The notes: a model not told the origin generated them from the sequence alone. A stretch of 64,000 nucleotides of DNA from Nitrospiraceae bacterium (GCA_050246315.1 JBFWWG010000007.1:154885-218884), one strand, 5' to 3'. Shown: positions 10,744 through 22,087, counted from the first letter of the stretch. Numbers and translations: made by a program.

Positions 10744-11619
10744 TTACCGGTGGACGATCGGCGGCAGCTCCGCGCCTGCACGACAACCCTGGGCTGGGCA
10801 CAAGGGCAACGCTTCGGGCAGCCATTCTTGCAACTGTTTGATGCGGGTTTCGTGAGCGGGGTGGGTGGACAAGTATTCCGATGGCGCCTCACCCGAAAGC
10901 TGCGCCATACGTTCCCAGACTCGCACGGCTTCGCGGGGATCGTAGCCGGCCTGCGCGGCGAGCAGCATGCCGATATAGTCCGCTTCGGATTCATGCTTGC
11001 GGCTGAACGGCAACAGGACACCGAGCTTTGTCCCGGCCCCCAACGCCGCCATAGCGCCCGTTCCGAGAATCGGATCGACTCCGAACACCGCCAGTCCGAC
11101 ATTCGCGACCGTCAGCGCCCCCTGCGCCACCACATTTTGGCTCATTCGCTCGCCGCCGTGCCGGGCCAGGGCATGCACCACTTCATGCCCCATCACGGCG
11201 GCCAGTCCAGCCTCATTCTTCGACACGGTGAAGATCCCCGTATAGACGGCAATCTTTCCCCCGGGTAAGGCGAATGCATTCAAGGTTTGATCATCCTTAA
11301 TGACGCTGACCTCCCACTGAAACTGATCGGCCAAGTCCGCATACTTGGATTTCTTGGCCGCTTCGATCACGCGGTCCGCGACCCGCCTGACCGGCTCGAC
11401 CTCACGAGGATCGGTTGCCATCTTCACCTCGGGATCTTGGAGTACCTGCTGATAGGCTTTCTCGCCCAACTGCATTTCCTGACCGGAGGACACCATCATG
11501 AGCTGCCAGCGATCGGTGTACGGATTCGTCACGCAGCCGGCCTCCCCCACCCAGATGACCAGTAACAGCGCTGCCAACCCAGTCATTCCGCAGCGAGCCT
11601 GTGTGGGATCATCCTTCAT
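10744..11619 (-). CDS. M48 family zinc metallopeptidase, probable lipoprotein
   Basis: NAFALPGG, GHEVVH (HExxH), HESEAD, YLSTHP; EAGC lipobox-like. Confidence 0.92.
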   Translation of the reverse strand: MKDDPTQARCGMTGLAALLLVIWVGEAGCVTNPYTDRWQLMMVSSGQEMQLGEKAYQQVLQDPEVKMATDPREVEPVRRVADRVIEAAKKSKYADLADQFQWEVSVIKDDQTLNAFALPGGKIAVYTGIFTVSKNEAGLAAVMGHEVVHALARHGGERMSQNVVAQGALTVANVGLAVFGVDPILGTGAMAALGAGTKLGVLLPFSRKHESEADYIGMLLAAQAGYDPREAVRVWERMAQLSGEAPSEYLSTHPAHETRIKQLQEWLPEALPLCPAQGCRAGAELPPIVHR

Positions 11620-11663
11620 CTGCCGTCACCTCGCTCCCGGTACAATGCGCCGACGCCTGTCGA

Positions 11664-11692
11664 TTGACCCTTGTCTGGGCCTTTGATAGAGT
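11664..11692 (+). promoter_or_regulatory. Putative sigma70 promoter of rnhC
   Basis: TTGACC-N17-TAGAGT, ~50 nt before ATG 11745. Confidence 0.5.
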
Positions 11693-11744
11693 ACGCAACC
11701 GTCACGCGCCCTGCAAGCAGGCCCACCAAGCGGACCTCCCTCTC

Positions 11745-12431
11745 ATGCTCGGGTTTCAATCGATCCCTCGCATCGGTATCGACGAATCGGGGAAAGGCGA
11801 CTATTTCGGCCCTCTGGTGATCGCCTCCGCCTTCGTGTCGCCGGATCGGGAACCCGATCTGAAACTGCTCCAGGTGAGAGACAGCAAGCGGATCTCCGAC
11901 GGCCGCATCTTGGAGATGGCCGGCGATATCCGTGTGATCTGCCCCCATCGCATCGTCTCCATTGGACCGGAGCGGTACAACACTCTCTATGCCAAGATCA
12001 AGAACCTCAACCGCCTGCTGGCTTGGGGCCATGCCAGAGCCTTGGAGAACCTCCTCGAACAGGTTCCCTGCGAACTGGCGATCGCGGATCAATTCGGAGA
12101 TGAACGGTACGTCCAACGGGCGCTCATGGAGCAGGGAAAGACCGTCCGGCTGGTGCAACAACCCAAAGCCGAGGCCGATCTGGCAGTGGCCGCCGCGTCA
12201 ATCTTGGCGCGGGCTGAGTTTCTCACCAGATTACGCCGCCTGTCGGAGGAGGTCGGCGCCACCCTTCCGAAAGGGGCGTCGAATGCGGTGGAGCTGGCGG
12301 CGAAGATGATCGTTAAGAAGCACGGCGAAGCGGGGCTGGGCCGGGTGGCCAAACTTCATTTCCGAACGACTCAGACAATCCTCCGCGATTTCCCGCAGAG
12401 TCACAAGGACTCGCCGGCTTCGTCGTCGTGA
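11745..12431 (+). CDS. rnhC: Ribonuclease HIII
   Basis: IGIDESGKGDYFGPLV, VRDSK, DQF, KAE, VAAASILAR, LPKGA, AKLHF. Confidence 0.9.
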   Translation: MLGFQSIPRIGIDESGKGDYFGPLVIASAFVSPDREPDLKLLQVRDSKRISDGRILEMAGDIRVICPHRIVSIGPERYNTLYAKIKNLNRLLAWGHARALENLLEQVPCELAIADQFGDERYVQRALMEQGKTVRLVQQPKAEADLAVAAASILARAEFLTRLRRLSEEVGATLPKGASNAVELAAKMIVKKHGEAGLGRVAKLHFRTTQTILRDFPQSHKDSPASSS

Positions 12432-13177
12432 TCGTGAGGAGAGCCAGCCGTCGCTGGAGCCTCCACGGGCAGCTCGCCTTCCCAATAGAGGATCCGATGG
12501 CAATAGTCACAGACCTGCAACTCGTCTGAACGCTTGACCTCTGCGATCAATTGCGGCGGGAGTTGCAATCGGCAGCCCTGGCATGTTCCGTCCCGGACAG
12601 CCGCAAGCGCATGGTCCTTCCGTTGCGCCTTGAGCTTTTCGTATCGATCGAGCAGATCGCGCGGTACCGCCGTCGCCGCTTGGCGCTGCTGCTGATCCAA
12701 CTCGACTAATTCCTTGCTCAAGCCGGCATCCGATTCAGCCAAAAGTCGTTGCTCGCGTTCGTACGCCGCCTCCGCCTCCCGCACCCTGGCCTGCGCCGCG
12801 GCCATCTCGTGCTGAAGTCGTTCGATCGATTCCATCAGGCCCAGGATCTTTTCTTCGACCTCACCCTTCTTCTTGTTCGCCATCTCGATCTCGAACAGAT
12901 GGGCCTGATATTCCTTGTTCGTCTTGATCTCGGCGGTCCGGGCTTTCATCTTCTCGATGTGTGATTCCTGTGTATCCAATTCCCGCTCACAGGTTCGACG
13001 CTCTTTTGTCAGGGTCTCGACCGAGTCGGCGGTCTGCTTCGTAGCCTCCGCGGCCGAGCGCAAGGGGGCGTGGGCGGCGGCGAGACGATCAGGAATCAAG
13101 CGGCGCTGGTGCTTGATCTCCGCAATCCGGAGGTCGATGGCCTGCAGTTCGATCAGACGAGGGAGATGAGAGTTCAA
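12401..13177 (-). CDS. Coiled-coil protein with C4-type zinc ribbon (DUF164-like)
   Basis: LIELQAID start, long coiled coil, CQGC...CDYCHRILY; TTG start with AGGAGA RBS. Confidence 0.88.
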   Translation of the reverse strand: MNSHLPRLIELQAIDLRIAEIKHQRRLIPDRLAAAHAPLRSAAEATKQTADSVETLTKERRTCERELDTQESHIEKMKARTAEIKTNKEYQAHLFEIEMANKKKGEVEEKILGLMESIERLQHEMAAAQARVREAEAAYEREQRLLAESDAGLSKELVELDQQQRQAATAVPRDLLDRYEKLKAQRKDHALAAVRDGTCQGCRLQLPPQLIAEVKRSDELQVCDYCHRILYWEGELPVEAPATAGSPHDHDDEAGESL

Positions 13178-13236
13178 CGGTCTCCTGCGGAAATCGTTAC
13201 GGCATCCGGCCGACGCCCCTTCGGCCTCGGCTCCGG

Positions 13237-13313
13237 TGGTGGGCCCACTAGGACTTGAACCTAGGACCAACTGATTATGAGTCAGCCGCTCTAACCACCT
13301 GAGCTATGGGCCC
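13237..13313 (-). tRNA. tRNA-Ile2 (CAT anticodon, lysidine type)
   Basis: GGGCCCATAGCTCAGGTGGTTAGAGCGGCTGACT-CAT-AATCAG...GTTCAAGT...GGGCCCACCA; paired 1:72; downstream of rpoD like E. coli ileX. Confidence 0.9.
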
Positions 13314-13344
13314 AGTCTGTTGCATCGCCGGACACAACCGTAGT

Positions 13345-15147
13345 TTACAGGCTTTCGACGAAGCTGCGCAATTTTTTACTGCGACTGGGGTGCCGCAGCT
13401 TGCGCAACGCCTTGGCCTCGATTTGTCTGATGCGCTCGCGAGTCACCTCGAAATCCTGCCCGACCTCTTCCAAGGTATGGTCGGTCGCTTCGCCGATACC
13501 GAACCGCTTGCGCAGGACTTTCTCTTCACGCGGCGTCAACGTTTCCAGCGCGCTGTTGATCTGCCGCTGCAAATCGTAGCGGATGGCCGCCTCCAGCGGG
13601 GAGACGGCCTTCTTGTCCTCGATAAAATCGCCCAGATGGCTGTCCTCTTCTTCTCCGATGGGCGTTTCCAGCGAAATGGGCTCGCGCGCGATTTTGAGGA
13701 TCTTGCGCACCTTGTCCAACGGCATATCCATGCGCTCGGCGATTTCCTCGGGCATCGGCTCGCGTCCCAGCTTCTGGACCAAATGCCGCGAGGTGCGGAT
13801 GAGCTTGTTGATCGTTTCGATCATGTGCACGGGAATGCGGATCGTGCGCGCCTGGTCCGCAATCGCTCGGGTGATGGCCTGTCGAATCCACCAGGTGGCA
13901 TAGGTGCTGAACTTGTAGCCGCGCCGATACTCGAACTTGTCTACGGCCTTCATGAGGCCGATGTTGCCCTCCTGGATGAGATCCAAGAACTGAAGCCCTC
14001 GGTTGGTATATTTTTTAGCGATACTGACGACCAGCCGCAGGTTCGCCTCGACCAATTCCGCCTTGCCTCGCTTGACCTTCTCGTCAGCCTGGTCTAAATG
14101 CTTGACGGCGTCCTTGATTTCTTCCGCGGACACCAAGGCTTCCTCGGTTTCAATTTGGCGGATCCGCGCCTTGGCCGCTTGAAACACCTTCTTGATATCG
14201 AGGAGGGTCTCTTCAGAGATCCCGGTCTTCCGTTTGACTGCAAGGAAGTCCTGCCGCGTCCGCCCGAGCCGCCGAAGGGCTTCCTGACCCGCCTCCCCGC
14301 TGATGCCAGTCCGCCGCTGGCAATGTCCAATTTCCCGCTCGGCCGCCCGGATCTGATGAGCGACATCCCGCACACGCTGGACCATCCGGTCTTTTAGGAC
14401 CGCATGCAGGTTGACCGCCTCGATCTTTTCGACCAACTGCCCGCGTACGGTTTCGATATGTTTTTTGACCTTTTTCTGCTCCGATTGGTCACTCGCGATT
14501 TGCTTGACCTTGGCACACAGGCCCCGATAGGCCGTCGAGACCTTCCGAACCTCATTAAGAGCCTCCAGGGTCCGCACGCGCAACTCGGTGTCGTCGCGCT
14601 CGCCTCCCTCTTCTTCCTCCTCGAACTCTTCCTCGGAGATCGGAACGATCTCCCGCACCTTGACCTTGTCCAGCTTCAATTGCTCACGGAGGGCCAGGAT
14701 ATATTCGATCGTCATCGGAAGGCCGTAGACGATCGAGGCAATCTCCATCTTGCCCTCTTCGATGCGTTTGGCGATCTCAATTTCGCCTTCGCGGCTGAGG
14801 AGAGCCACACTCCCCATTTCCTTGAGATACAGGCGGACCGGGTCGTCCGTGCGGCTGAGCGCGCCCGGGGTCAGGTCGATTTCCCGTTCGTTTTCTTCGC
14901 CCGCCTCGCCTTCGTCTTCTTCCTCTGCTTCGCGGGATTCGGCCGCCTTCGGCTGGCGCTGAGCCTCCGCCGATTCCACGATATCGATATCCATCTCGCC
15001 GAACATGGTCACCAGCGTATTGAGCTGATCCGGCGACACGACATCGGGGGGCAAGGTGCTGTTCAGCTCCTCGTAGGTGAGGAAGCCCTTCTCCTTCCCG
15101 ATCGAGATCAGCTTCTTGACTTCATTCATGAATTCCTGTTTCGGCAT
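13345..15147 (-). CDS. rpoD: Primary sigma factor sigma70
   Basis: Region 1.1, [53 protein letters not shown]. Confidence 0.98.
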   Translation of the reverse strand: MPKQEFMNEVKKLISIGKEKGFLTYEELNSTLPPDVVSPDQLNTLVTMFGEMDIDIVESAEAQRQPKAAESREAEEEDEGEAGEENEREIDLTPGALSRTDDPVRLYLKEMGSVALLSREGEIEIAKRIEEGKMEIASIVYGLPMTIEYILALREQLKLDKVKVREIVPISEEEFEEEEEGGERDDTELRVRTLEALNEVRKVSTAYRGLCAKVKQIASDQSEQKKVKKHIETVRGQLVEKIEAVNLHAVLKDRMVQRVRDVAHQIRAAEREIGHCQRRTGISGEAGQEALRRLGRTRQDFLAVKRKTGISEETLLDIKKVFQAAKARIRQIETEEALVSAEEIKDAVKHLDQADEKVKRGKAELVEANLRLVVSIAKKYTNRGLQFLDLIQEGNIGLMKAVDKFEYRRGYKFSTYATWWIRQAITRAIADQARTIRIPVHMIETINKLIRTSRHLVQKLGREPMPEEIAERMDMPLDKVRKILKIAREPISLETPIGEEEDSHLGDFIEDKKAVSPLEAAIRYDLQRQINSALETLTPREEKVLRKRFGIGEATDHTLEEVGQDFEVTRERIRQIEAKALRKLRHPSRSKKLRSFVESL

Positions 15148-15282
15148 ACCCACTCCTCAACGTCCGATCGCCTGTTCACGACCCCGCACTATTCACGATG
15201 ACCTCGACTGCAACCGCCGTACGACCCGATACCGCCCAAGAGCAGCCGGTGATACGTCACGAACTCTTGCGAAGCGTGCGGG

Positions 15283-17091
15283 CTAGCGATACGCGGCCTT
15301 TTGTATCCGCAACTCGTTCACTCGCTCGTTCAACGTCCGCACCTCCTCCGTCCTGCCGGCTTGGCTCGCCTCCTTGAGTTGCGCGACCAGTTCCGCGAGC
15401 AGCCGCTCGTGGCGCCTCCGATCCAACGTCGCGAGACAGCCCCGCATGGACGCCGGCGCATCCTCGTCATGGCGTTCCTGCACCGACAACTCCGCCGTCA
15501 GCACGCGCGCCGACTCATTCGTGAGCAGTTCGTCCAGCAACGGCCGGAGCAGCAGGCGTCCGTCCGCTCCACGGTGCCGGAGCGCCGCCTCGACGATCGA
15601 GCGCGCGGCCGGGTCGACAAACGAATCGGATCGCAAGCCGGTAAGATCCTTCGCTGAACAGTGGCCGTGCAGGAGCAGGTGGACGAATTCCCGCTCTTCC
15701 GGGTTGATCGTCGCGTTCGGCTTGGGCGCAGCCGCACCGGATGAGGAGGCACGGTTCCCTCTGGCGCCTTTCTGGATGGACACATAGCGTTCGGCAAGCC
15801 GCTGCTCGCTGATCCCCAGTCGTTCCGCCGCCTGCCTCAGCCGCTCGGCCTTCTCGACGGGATGACTGATTTTTTGAATGATCTCCACCACGGCGTCCGA
15901 CGCTCGCACCTTTTCTTCGATCCGGCCGGAGGCCGCTTGTCGCAGGCTCTGATCAAGCGCGAAATCCCAGAGACTGGGCGATCGCTCGAGCAAGCGAGCG
16001 AAACCTTCCGGTCCATGAGATCGCACAAACGTATCGGGATCATGTCCGTCAGGCAGACTGACCACGTTGACCGCCAACCCGGTGTCCACAAACAGGTTTA
16101 ACGTACGCAAAGCCGCGCGCACACCGGCTGCATCCGGGTCGAACAACAGGACCACCCGGTTTGCGTAGCGACGCACCGTGCGCACATGCTCGGGGGTCAA
16201 CGCCGTCCCCAATGTCGCCACCGCCGTCCGGATACCGGCCTGGTGGAGCGCGATCACGTCGAAGTACCCTTCGACGATAATCAGGGTCCGTTCGCGGCTG
16301 GCCGCCTCATAGGCCACATCGAGCGCATAGAGGGTCTGGCCCTTCTTGAAAAGCGGCGTATCTCTGGAGTTGAGGTACTTGGGTTCGCCCGGCCCTACCA
16401 CCCTTCCGCCGAACCCGACCACTCGCCGGCGGAGGTCGGTGATCGGGAAAATTACACGGCCCCGAAACTGGTCGTAACAGCCGCCACCCGCAGCCGCGGT
16501 GCGCGTCCCGCTGTTGCGGGGAACCGCCAGACCGGCCTCGCAGATCTCCGCCTCGGAGAAGCCGTCCTTCATCAGGGAGCGAACCAACCGTTCCCAATCC
16601 GGCATGGCATAGCCGAGGCCGAACTGATCTGCAGCAGCCTGACCGATGCCACGAGTTTCCAAATAGTCGCGCCCCGGCTGACCGATGGCCGGCTCGCTCA
16701 AGGTACGCCGGAAATGCCCCGCGGCAGCCTGGTTGACCGACTCCAACCGCCTCCGTCGTTGTGCATCCTGGTCGGTTTCGGTCGCCGAGACCTCGGGGAC
16801 CTGTATCCCAACACGACGCCCGAGCTCTCGCATGGCCTCAGGAAAGGTGAGGCCGGACACCTTCATAAAAAAGGCGATGGCGTCACCGCTCTCCCCGCAT
16901 CCGAAGCAATGAAACAGTTGCTTCCCGGGGCTCACCGTGAAAGAGGGGGTGCGATCATCGTGGAAGGGACAACAGGCTTTGAAGTTCTGCCCCGTGCGCG
17001 TCAGGGTCATGTGACTCGACACCACGTCCATGATGTCGAGCCGTTCCTTAATCTGGGCCAGAATGGCGTCTGAAATCGGCCCTCGACTCAC
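15283..17091 (-). CDS. dnaG: DNA primase
   Basis: CPFH...HCFGC zinc finger, PKYLNS, VEGYFDV, FDPD Toprim; start approximate. Confidence 0.96.
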   Translation of the reverse strand: MSRGPISDAILAQIKERLDIMDVVSSHMTLTRTGQNFKACCPFHDDRTPSFTVSPGKQLFHCFGCGESGDAIAFFMKVSGLTFPEAMRELGRRVGIQVPEVSATETDQDAQRRRRLESVNQAAAGHFRRTLSEPAIGQPGRDYLETRGIGQAAADQFGLGYAMPDWERLVRSLMKDGFSEAEICEAGLAVPRNSGTRTAAAGGGCYDQFRGRVIFPITDLRRRVVGFGGRVVGPGEPKYLNSRDTPLFKKGQTLYALDVAYEAASRERTLIIVEGYFDVIALHQAGIRTAVATLGTALTPEHVRTVRRYANRVVLLFDPDAAGVRAALRTLNLFVDTGLAVNVVSLPDGHDPDTFVRSHGPEGFARLLERSPSLWDFALDQSLRQAASGRIEEKVRASDAVVEIIQKISHPVEKAERLRQAAERLGISEQRLAERYVSIQKGARGNRASSSGAAAPKPNATINPEEREFVHLLLHGHCSAKDLTGLRSDSFVDPAARSIVEAALRHRGADGRLLLRPLLDELLTNESARVLTAELSVQERHDEDAPASMRGCLATLDRRRHERLLAELVAQLKEASQAGRTEEVRTLNERVNELRIQKAAYR

Positions 17092-17190
17092 CGTGAGCGA
17101 ACCTTCCGAGCTGTGCAAGCCCGGAGCCAGCCAACAATCTTCAGCGGCTCACCCCGGTCCAAGTGAAAGAGAGGCAAGAATTGACCGTTC

Positions 17191-17220
17191 AGGCTAACAA
17201 ACGAGTGGGAGGACTGTCAA
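17191..17220 (-). promoter_or_regulatory. Putative sigma70 promoter of dnaG-rpoD
   Basis: TTGACA-N18-TAGCCT with TG extension. Confidence 0.5.
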
Positions 17221-17321
17221 TGAGAGGATGGTCTTGCTGGGGAGGGAGTGACGCATGATTCCCAACGACCAGCCAGCACGGCATACATCGAGAAGTTATC
17301 GCTCCTGATGCAGATGACGCT

Positions 17322-17404
17322 CTAGCGGGCGCCGAAAAATCTTTTCGACCCCTGAAATCGTCAGGGACATCCGCCGCTGGCGGTCTTTTTCACCATCCTG
17401 CTAG
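17322..17404. repeat. Short degenerate copy of the dispersed repeat, abutting the HIT stop
   Basis: CTGGCGGTCTTTTTCACCATCCTGCTAG resembles CTGGCGGACATTTTGAACATCCTGCTAG at 387-414. Confidence 0.55.
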
Positions 17405-17745
17405 CCCGGCGGCCAGGTCATGGCCCGTCCGCCGAGGATATGGAAGTGAAGATGAAACACGGTCTGGCCACCGTCTCGGCCGCTATTCGCCACGATGCGA
17501 TAGCCATGCTCCGATAAACCCTTTTGACGGGCTACCACGGCGCAAGTCAGCAACAGATGGCCTAGCAGGCTCTGGTTTTCGTCGCCACATTCACGGAGGG
17601 AACTGACATGCTTCCTGGGAATGATGAGGATATGCGTGGGAGCCTGAGGGTGGAGGTCCTCAAAGGCGACGCATTGTGGGTCCTGATGGACGATCTTGGA
17701 GGGAAGACTTCCCGCAGCAATCCGACAAAACAGACAGTCACTCAC
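17401..17745 (-). CDS. Histidine triad (HIT) nucleotide-binding protein
   Basis: DCLFCRI, HILIIP, GQTVFHLHFHILGGR; GTG overlaps the end of hisIE. Confidence 0.93.
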   Translation of the reverse strand: MSDCLFCRIAAGSLPSKIVHQDPQCVAFEDLHPQAPTHILIIPRKHVSSLRECGDENQSLLGHLLLTCAVVARQKGLSEHGYRIVANSGRDGGQTVFHLHFHILGGRAMTWPPG

Positions 17746-18424
17746 TCGTACCTCCTTCCCGAGGTGGAGTCGGACGAAGACCCGACTTGCCATGGCGGGC
17801 AGCCAGTTCCCGATAGACGTCGTGGATGGGGATCCCATTGGCCTCCAGCACGATCAGGGTGTGGAAGAGCAGATCGGCAACCTCGTAAACAATCTCCTCT
17901 CGCTTGGCGTTCTTGCCGGCCAGCAGGACCTCACCGGCCTCCTCGATCACCTTCTTGAGAAACCGATCCGGTCCCCCTTCCAGAAGCCTGGATACATAGG
18001 AGTCAGCGCGTGGATTCGCGCGCCGCTCTCGTACCGTCTCCGTAATCCGTTCCAAGATTCCGCCCAACGCGGCGGAGGTGTTCCGGTCCTGTCCCTGACT
18101 CCCCTCCAGTTCGGTGAAAAAGCAGCTCCGCTCGCCCGTGTGGCAGGTCGGACCGACCGGTTCGGCCTTCACGAGAATCGTATCCTGATCGCAATCGACG
18201 AAGAGATCCCTCACGATCAACCGATGGCCCGATGTTTCACCCTTTTCCCACAGCCGCTGCCGGGAGCGACTCCAGAAATGGACGGAGCGGGTGGACCTGG
18301 TCCGATCCAACGCCTCCCGGTTCATATAGCCCAGCATCAACACGGACCCGTCCCGCCAATCCTGAATGATGGCCGGGATGAGCCCGCGATCGTCGAACTG
18401 TAACTTTCGCTCGTCCTTCCCCAT
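17738..18424 (-). CDS. hisIE: Bifunctional phosphoribosyl-AMP cyclohydrolase / phosphoribosyl-ATP pyrophosphatase
   Basis: WSRSRQRLWEKGETSGH, DCDQD, CHTGERSCF, EEAGEV...EVADLLFH. Confidence 0.95.
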   Translation of the reverse strand: MGKDERKLQFDDRGLIPAIIQDWRDGSVLMLGYMNREALDRTRSTRSVHFWSRSRQRLWEKGETSGHRLIVRDLFVDCDQDTILVKAEPVGPTCHTGERSCFFTELEGSQGQDRNTSAALGGILERITETVRERRANPRADSYVSRLLEGGPDRFLKKVIEEAGEVLLAGKNAKREEIVYEVADLLFHTLIVLEANGIPIHDVYRELAARHGKSGLRPTPPREGGTSE

Positions 18425-18470
18425 CAGACTTCCGAACGCTCCGATTCCGACCCGTTCTCGCAACCGGTTA

Positions 18471-19265
18471 TCATAGACCTACCGGCTTGGCCTCTGCGAC
18501 CAGACGCACCGGCACCCCGCGCTCAGCCAAGTAGGCCTTGGCCTCTGGGATCGTATAGGTTCGATAGTGAAAAATGGAAGCCGCCAAAACCGCATCGGCC
18601 ATCCCATCGGTCAGGCCCTGGTAGAGATGCTCCAAGGTGCCGACCCCGCCGGACGCAATGACCGGAACCGAGACAGCCCGGGACACGGTCCGAGTCAAAT
18701 CAAGGTCATACCCAGCCTGAGTGCCGTCTCGATCCATACTCGTCAGCAGAATCTCACCGGCCCCGTAGCCCTCCATCCGCTTGGCCCACTCGACGACATC
18801 TAGACCGGTAGGACGGCGCCCCCCGTGGGTATAGACCTCCCACGAGTCCGGATTGCGGGAACCAGCACGTTTGGCATCGATCGCAACCACGATACATTGC
18901 GTGCCGAATCGGCCCGCCGCGGCCTGGACGAAATCCGGTGACGCAACGGCCGCGGTATTGATACTGACCTTGTCGGCTCCGGCCGTCAGCAACGCACGAA
19001 TGTCGTCCAGGCTGCGGATGCCTCCGCCGACCGTCAAGGGCATGAAGACCTGCTCGGCCGTGCTCGCCACCACATCCAAGATGATGGCGCGGGCCTCATG
19101 AGACGCGGTGATGTCCAGAAAGCACAGTTCGTCGGCACCTTCTCGATCGTAGAGCTTGGCGATCTCGACAGGGTCTCCCGCATCGCGCAGATTAACGAAG
19201 CTCACGCCCTTGACGACTCTGCCGCCCTTGACGTCCAAACAGGGAATGATGCGTTTGGTGAGCAT
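18471..19265 (-). CDS. hisF: Imidazole glycerol phosphate synthase cyclase subunit
   Basis: [33 protein letters not shown]. Confidence 0.97.
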   Translation of the reverse strand: MLTKRIIPCLDVKGGRVVKGVSFVNLRDAGDPVEIAKLYDREGADELCFLDITASHEARAIILDVVASTAEQVFMPLTVGGGIRSLDDIRALLTAGADKVSINTAAVASPDFVQAAAGRFGTQCIVVAIDAKRAGSRNPDSWEVYTHGGRRPTGLDVVEWAKRMEGYGAGEILLTSMDRDGTQAGYDLDLTRTVSRAVSVPVIASGGVGTLEHLYQGLTDGMADAVLAASIFHYRTYTIPEAKAYLAERGVPVRLVAEAKPVGL

Positions 19266-19287
19266 GGGTAAGCGCCTGTGCAAGATC

Positions 19288-20010
19288 CTACGAACGCATC
19301 GCGCGGAGCGCCTCGGCAAAATCGAGTTTGCCGTCATAGAGCGCCTTGCCGACAATGGCCGCCTCGATCCGAGCACCGAGGGCTTGAACGGCCAAGAGAT
19401 CCTCTATGCGTGTGATGCCGCCCGATGCGATGACCGGACAGGGCGCATGACTCGCAACCTCTTTCAAGGCCTCGAGATTCGGACCTGCGAGCATGCCATC
19501 TCGTGCAATATCCGTATAAACCACGCCCGCCAGCTTCAGTCCTTCCAACCGCCGGACGAGATCAACCGCGGAAGTCTCAGAGACACTGGTCCATCCGTTC
19601 ACCGCCACCATGCCGTTGCGGGCATCCACCCCCACGAGGACCCGGCCAGGGAACTCACGAGCGGCCTCTTCGAGAAAAGACCGGTCCCTCAGCGCCGCGG
19701 TGCCGAGCACCACCCTCACCACTCCGATCTGGAAATAACGCCGCACAGTCTCGATCGAGCGAACGCCCCCGCCGACCTGCACGGAGAGCCCGACAGCCTT
19801 GACGATCCCTTCAATCTGCATGTCGTTACTCGGCTTCCCATCGACGGCCCCATTCAGATCGACCACGTGGAGCCGCGTCGCGCCCTTTTGTTGCCAGCCA
19901 CGCGCCACCGAAACGAGGTCATCGGAGTAAACGGTCTCCGCAGCCATGTCGCCCTGTCGCAACCTGACGCAACGGCCATCCTTGATGTCAATCGCGGGAA
20001 TCACCTGCAT
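19288..20010 (-). CDS. hisA: ProFAR isomerase
   Basis: [32 protein letters not shown]. Confidence 0.96.
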   Translation of the reverse strand: MQVIPAIDIKDGRCVRLRQGDMAAETVYSDDLVSVARGWQQKGATRLHVVDLNGAVDGKPSNDMQIEGIVKAVGLSVQVGGGVRSIETVRRYFQIGVVRVVLGTAALRDRSFLEEAAREFPGRVLVGVDARNGMVAVNGWTSVSETSAVDLVRRLEGLKLAGVVYTDIARDGMLAGPNLEALKEVASHAPCPVIASGGITRIEDLLAVQALGARIEAAIVGKALYDGKLDFAEALRAMRS

Positions 20011-20031
20011 GGACCATCACTCCCGGTTCGC

Positions 20032-20790
20032 TTACTCATGCCCGCCGTATGGAAATTCCTTGAGCACCTTGTCCACTCCATAGGTCGCCAGCTCCTTCGC
20101 GGTCACAAACGCGCCTTTCCGTTCGATAAACCCCCACAGGTCTTCGTTCATCGGCCTCTGCTTTTCGAAATAATTGCCCACCCAGAGGGTCACGCCGTCT
20201 GAACCAACCAAGCGCAGCTCAAATCCCACCGCGGCCGGATCGGCGCCCAGCTTGCTACCGACTCGTTCGCGATACACCAACACCTTTCCGACTACGACGG
20301 CATCCACACCCAATTGCTTTGCGATTGTAGGCGCCAGAGACTGCGGTTGATCGTCCTTCGGTTGGGCTGCGCTCTCCTCCCATGCCCGTTCGCCCTCCTG
20401 AAGCGACCGAAGGGTCAACCCAGGCCGCTGGCTGAGGCGATCCCAAACCAATCGAGTGACAATTTCGCCGGCCGATGGTGGCACGACGGTGGTGGCCTGC
20501 TTGGTCGGCCGGGCATCGGACGGGATTCCAACCGTGATGTTGGACCGCCGAGCGCTGGTAGGGACCGAGAGTTCATTGATTCGATCATCCACGACCTGGG
20601 GAGTCTCCAATGTCTGGAACGGCAGTATCGCGACCGCCTTTATGTCATAGCGCTCGGCATGGGGTGAGGTTTCTGCTCTGACCTTGGTCGGTCCGCATCC
20701 ACTTGCGATCGAGACAAGTCCCCCAACGGCCACAGCAAGTGCGAGTCGAAATGTCCACGGGATGATGGCGCCGTCGAATTTCCGCCTCAT
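20032..20790 (-). CDS. Putative lipoprotein embedded in the his operon
   Basis: Signal peptide with IASGC lipobox; VAILPF and LGVDAVVVG motifs; ATGA overlap with hisH. Confidence 0.75.
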   Translation of the reverse strand: MRRKFDGAIIPWTFRLALAVAVGGLVSIASGCGPTKVRAETSPHAERYDIKAVAILPFQTLETPQVVDDRINELSVPTSARRSNITVGIPSDARPTKQATTVVPPSAGEIVTRLVWDRLSQRPGLTLRSLQEGERAWEESAAQPKDDQPQSLAPTIAKQLGVDAVVVGKVLVYRERVGSKLGADPAAVGFELRLVGSDGVTLWVGNYFEKQRPMNEDLWGFIERKGAFVTAKELATYGVDKVLKEFPYGGHE

Positions 20791-21431
20791 TGCCAGGCTC
20801 CGAAATTCTTCACAATCCGTAACCCCACCGACTGACTTTTCTCCGGATGGAACTGACAGGCGACAATATTGTCTCGCCAGATGCTTGACGCAAACGACAA
20901 CCCGTACGTGGTCGTAGTCGCGATCACCGATGGTTCGGCCGGGACGACGTAGTAGGAATGCACGAAGTATAGGCTGGCCTCGTTTGCGAGATCAGCAAAC
21001 GGAGGCGCTCGGCGTTCGATCGTGATCTGATTCCATCCCATGTGCGGCACTTTCAATGCGGCAACCCCGCCGCGCGGACTGCCGCATGACGACTCGGAGG
21101 TCCAGGGAAATCGGAGGACGCGGCCGGACAGAACATCCAATCCTTTGTGCACCCCGAACTCTTCGCTTTCCGAAAAGAGCACCTGGAATCCCAGACAAAT
21201 GCCGAGAAAGGGTTTGCCGCTTTGGATCGCGGCGCGGATCGGCTGGATCAACCCAAACTGCTCAAGATTGCTCATGCAGTCTGCGAAGGCGCCCACGCCC
21301 GGCAGCACGACATGGCTCGCGTCGCGAAGGACCTGAGGCGAGCGAGTGACCACCGCCGGACAGCCGACGGTCTCGAAGGCCTTCTGCACGCTGCGCAGAT
21401 TGCCCATTCCATAGTCGATGATGGCGATCAT
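20787..21431 (-). CDS. hisH: Imidazole glycerol phosphate synthase glutaminase subunit
   Basis: IIDYGMGNL, LPGVGAF, GICLG, QFHPEKS. Confidence 0.97.
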   Translation of the reverse strand: MIAIIDYGMGNLRSVQKAFETVGCPAVVTRSPQVLRDASHVVLPGVGAFADCMSNLEQFGLIQPIRAAIQSGKPFLGICLGFQVLFSESEEFGVHKGLDVLSGRVLRFPWTSESSCGSPRGGVAALKVPHMGWNQITIERRAPPFADLANEASLYFVHSYYVVPAEPSVIATTTTYGLSFASSIWRDNIVACQFHPEKSQSVGLRIVKNFGAWQ

Positions 21432-21497
21432 GGCCTGTTTTCACATCCAGTGAAAGGTCAACAATACCCCAACCAGAGGCGTCCTGCCACTGGCAAA

Positions 21498-22037
21498 CTT
21501 CCGCGACTCCCCGCCATGAAATGAAACAGGAAGGCCCGTGACCTGAGACCAATATCCCATGATAAGCAAGACCCTTTGAGATTCTCGGAACTGGCTGATC
21601 GAAGGACGCACCGGCCTCCCGAACCGTACGAGGAGCTCGCCACTCGCCGAAGCCCAGTGGCCTTCGGCGAGCACGGATGATTGCTCAGCCTCGTCATGAA
21701 AGATCTGAGGGCGCGTCTCTCTGAGCAGAGACAGGTATGCCCTTCGACTACTCTCAATGGACGATCAGCACTTTCCGACATTGTCGAGCAACTCGCGTCC
21801 GAATATCTCTCCGCCGCGCACACCCTTACGGATCAGATCGAAGAGAAATTACAGACCTTCTCCAGCTACCCGTTTCTGGGGAAACTGCCGTCCAATGCCA
21901 AGCTGGCGAGAATGGGTTACAGAGGGCTGGTTGTAGGGGACTATCTGGCTTTCTACAAAGTGCGCCGGAAGACGGTGTTGGTGTACCGCAACATCCACGG
22001 GGCACGAGACATTCTGCCGCTTCTCAACCAACTCTAG
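21498..22037 (+). pseudogene. Degraded Phd/YefM-like antitoxin + RelE/ParE-like toxin pair
   Basis: Toxin body ...YPFLGK...GYRGLVVGDYLAFYKV...IHGARD, with nearby ATG 21737 in another frame; upstream frame reads LRPISH...FSEL...YEELA...VMKDLRARL broken by stops. Confidence 0.65.
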
Positions 22038-22087
22038 CCAGCGTAGTCGGAAGCAAGACGAGAGGAAAGGATTATTTGAGGCCGGGG

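Noticed and set aside
13237..13313. tRNA-Met call from the CAT anticodon
   Set aside because: Paired 1:72, no triple G-C anticodon stem, and ileX-like sequence and location favour Ile2
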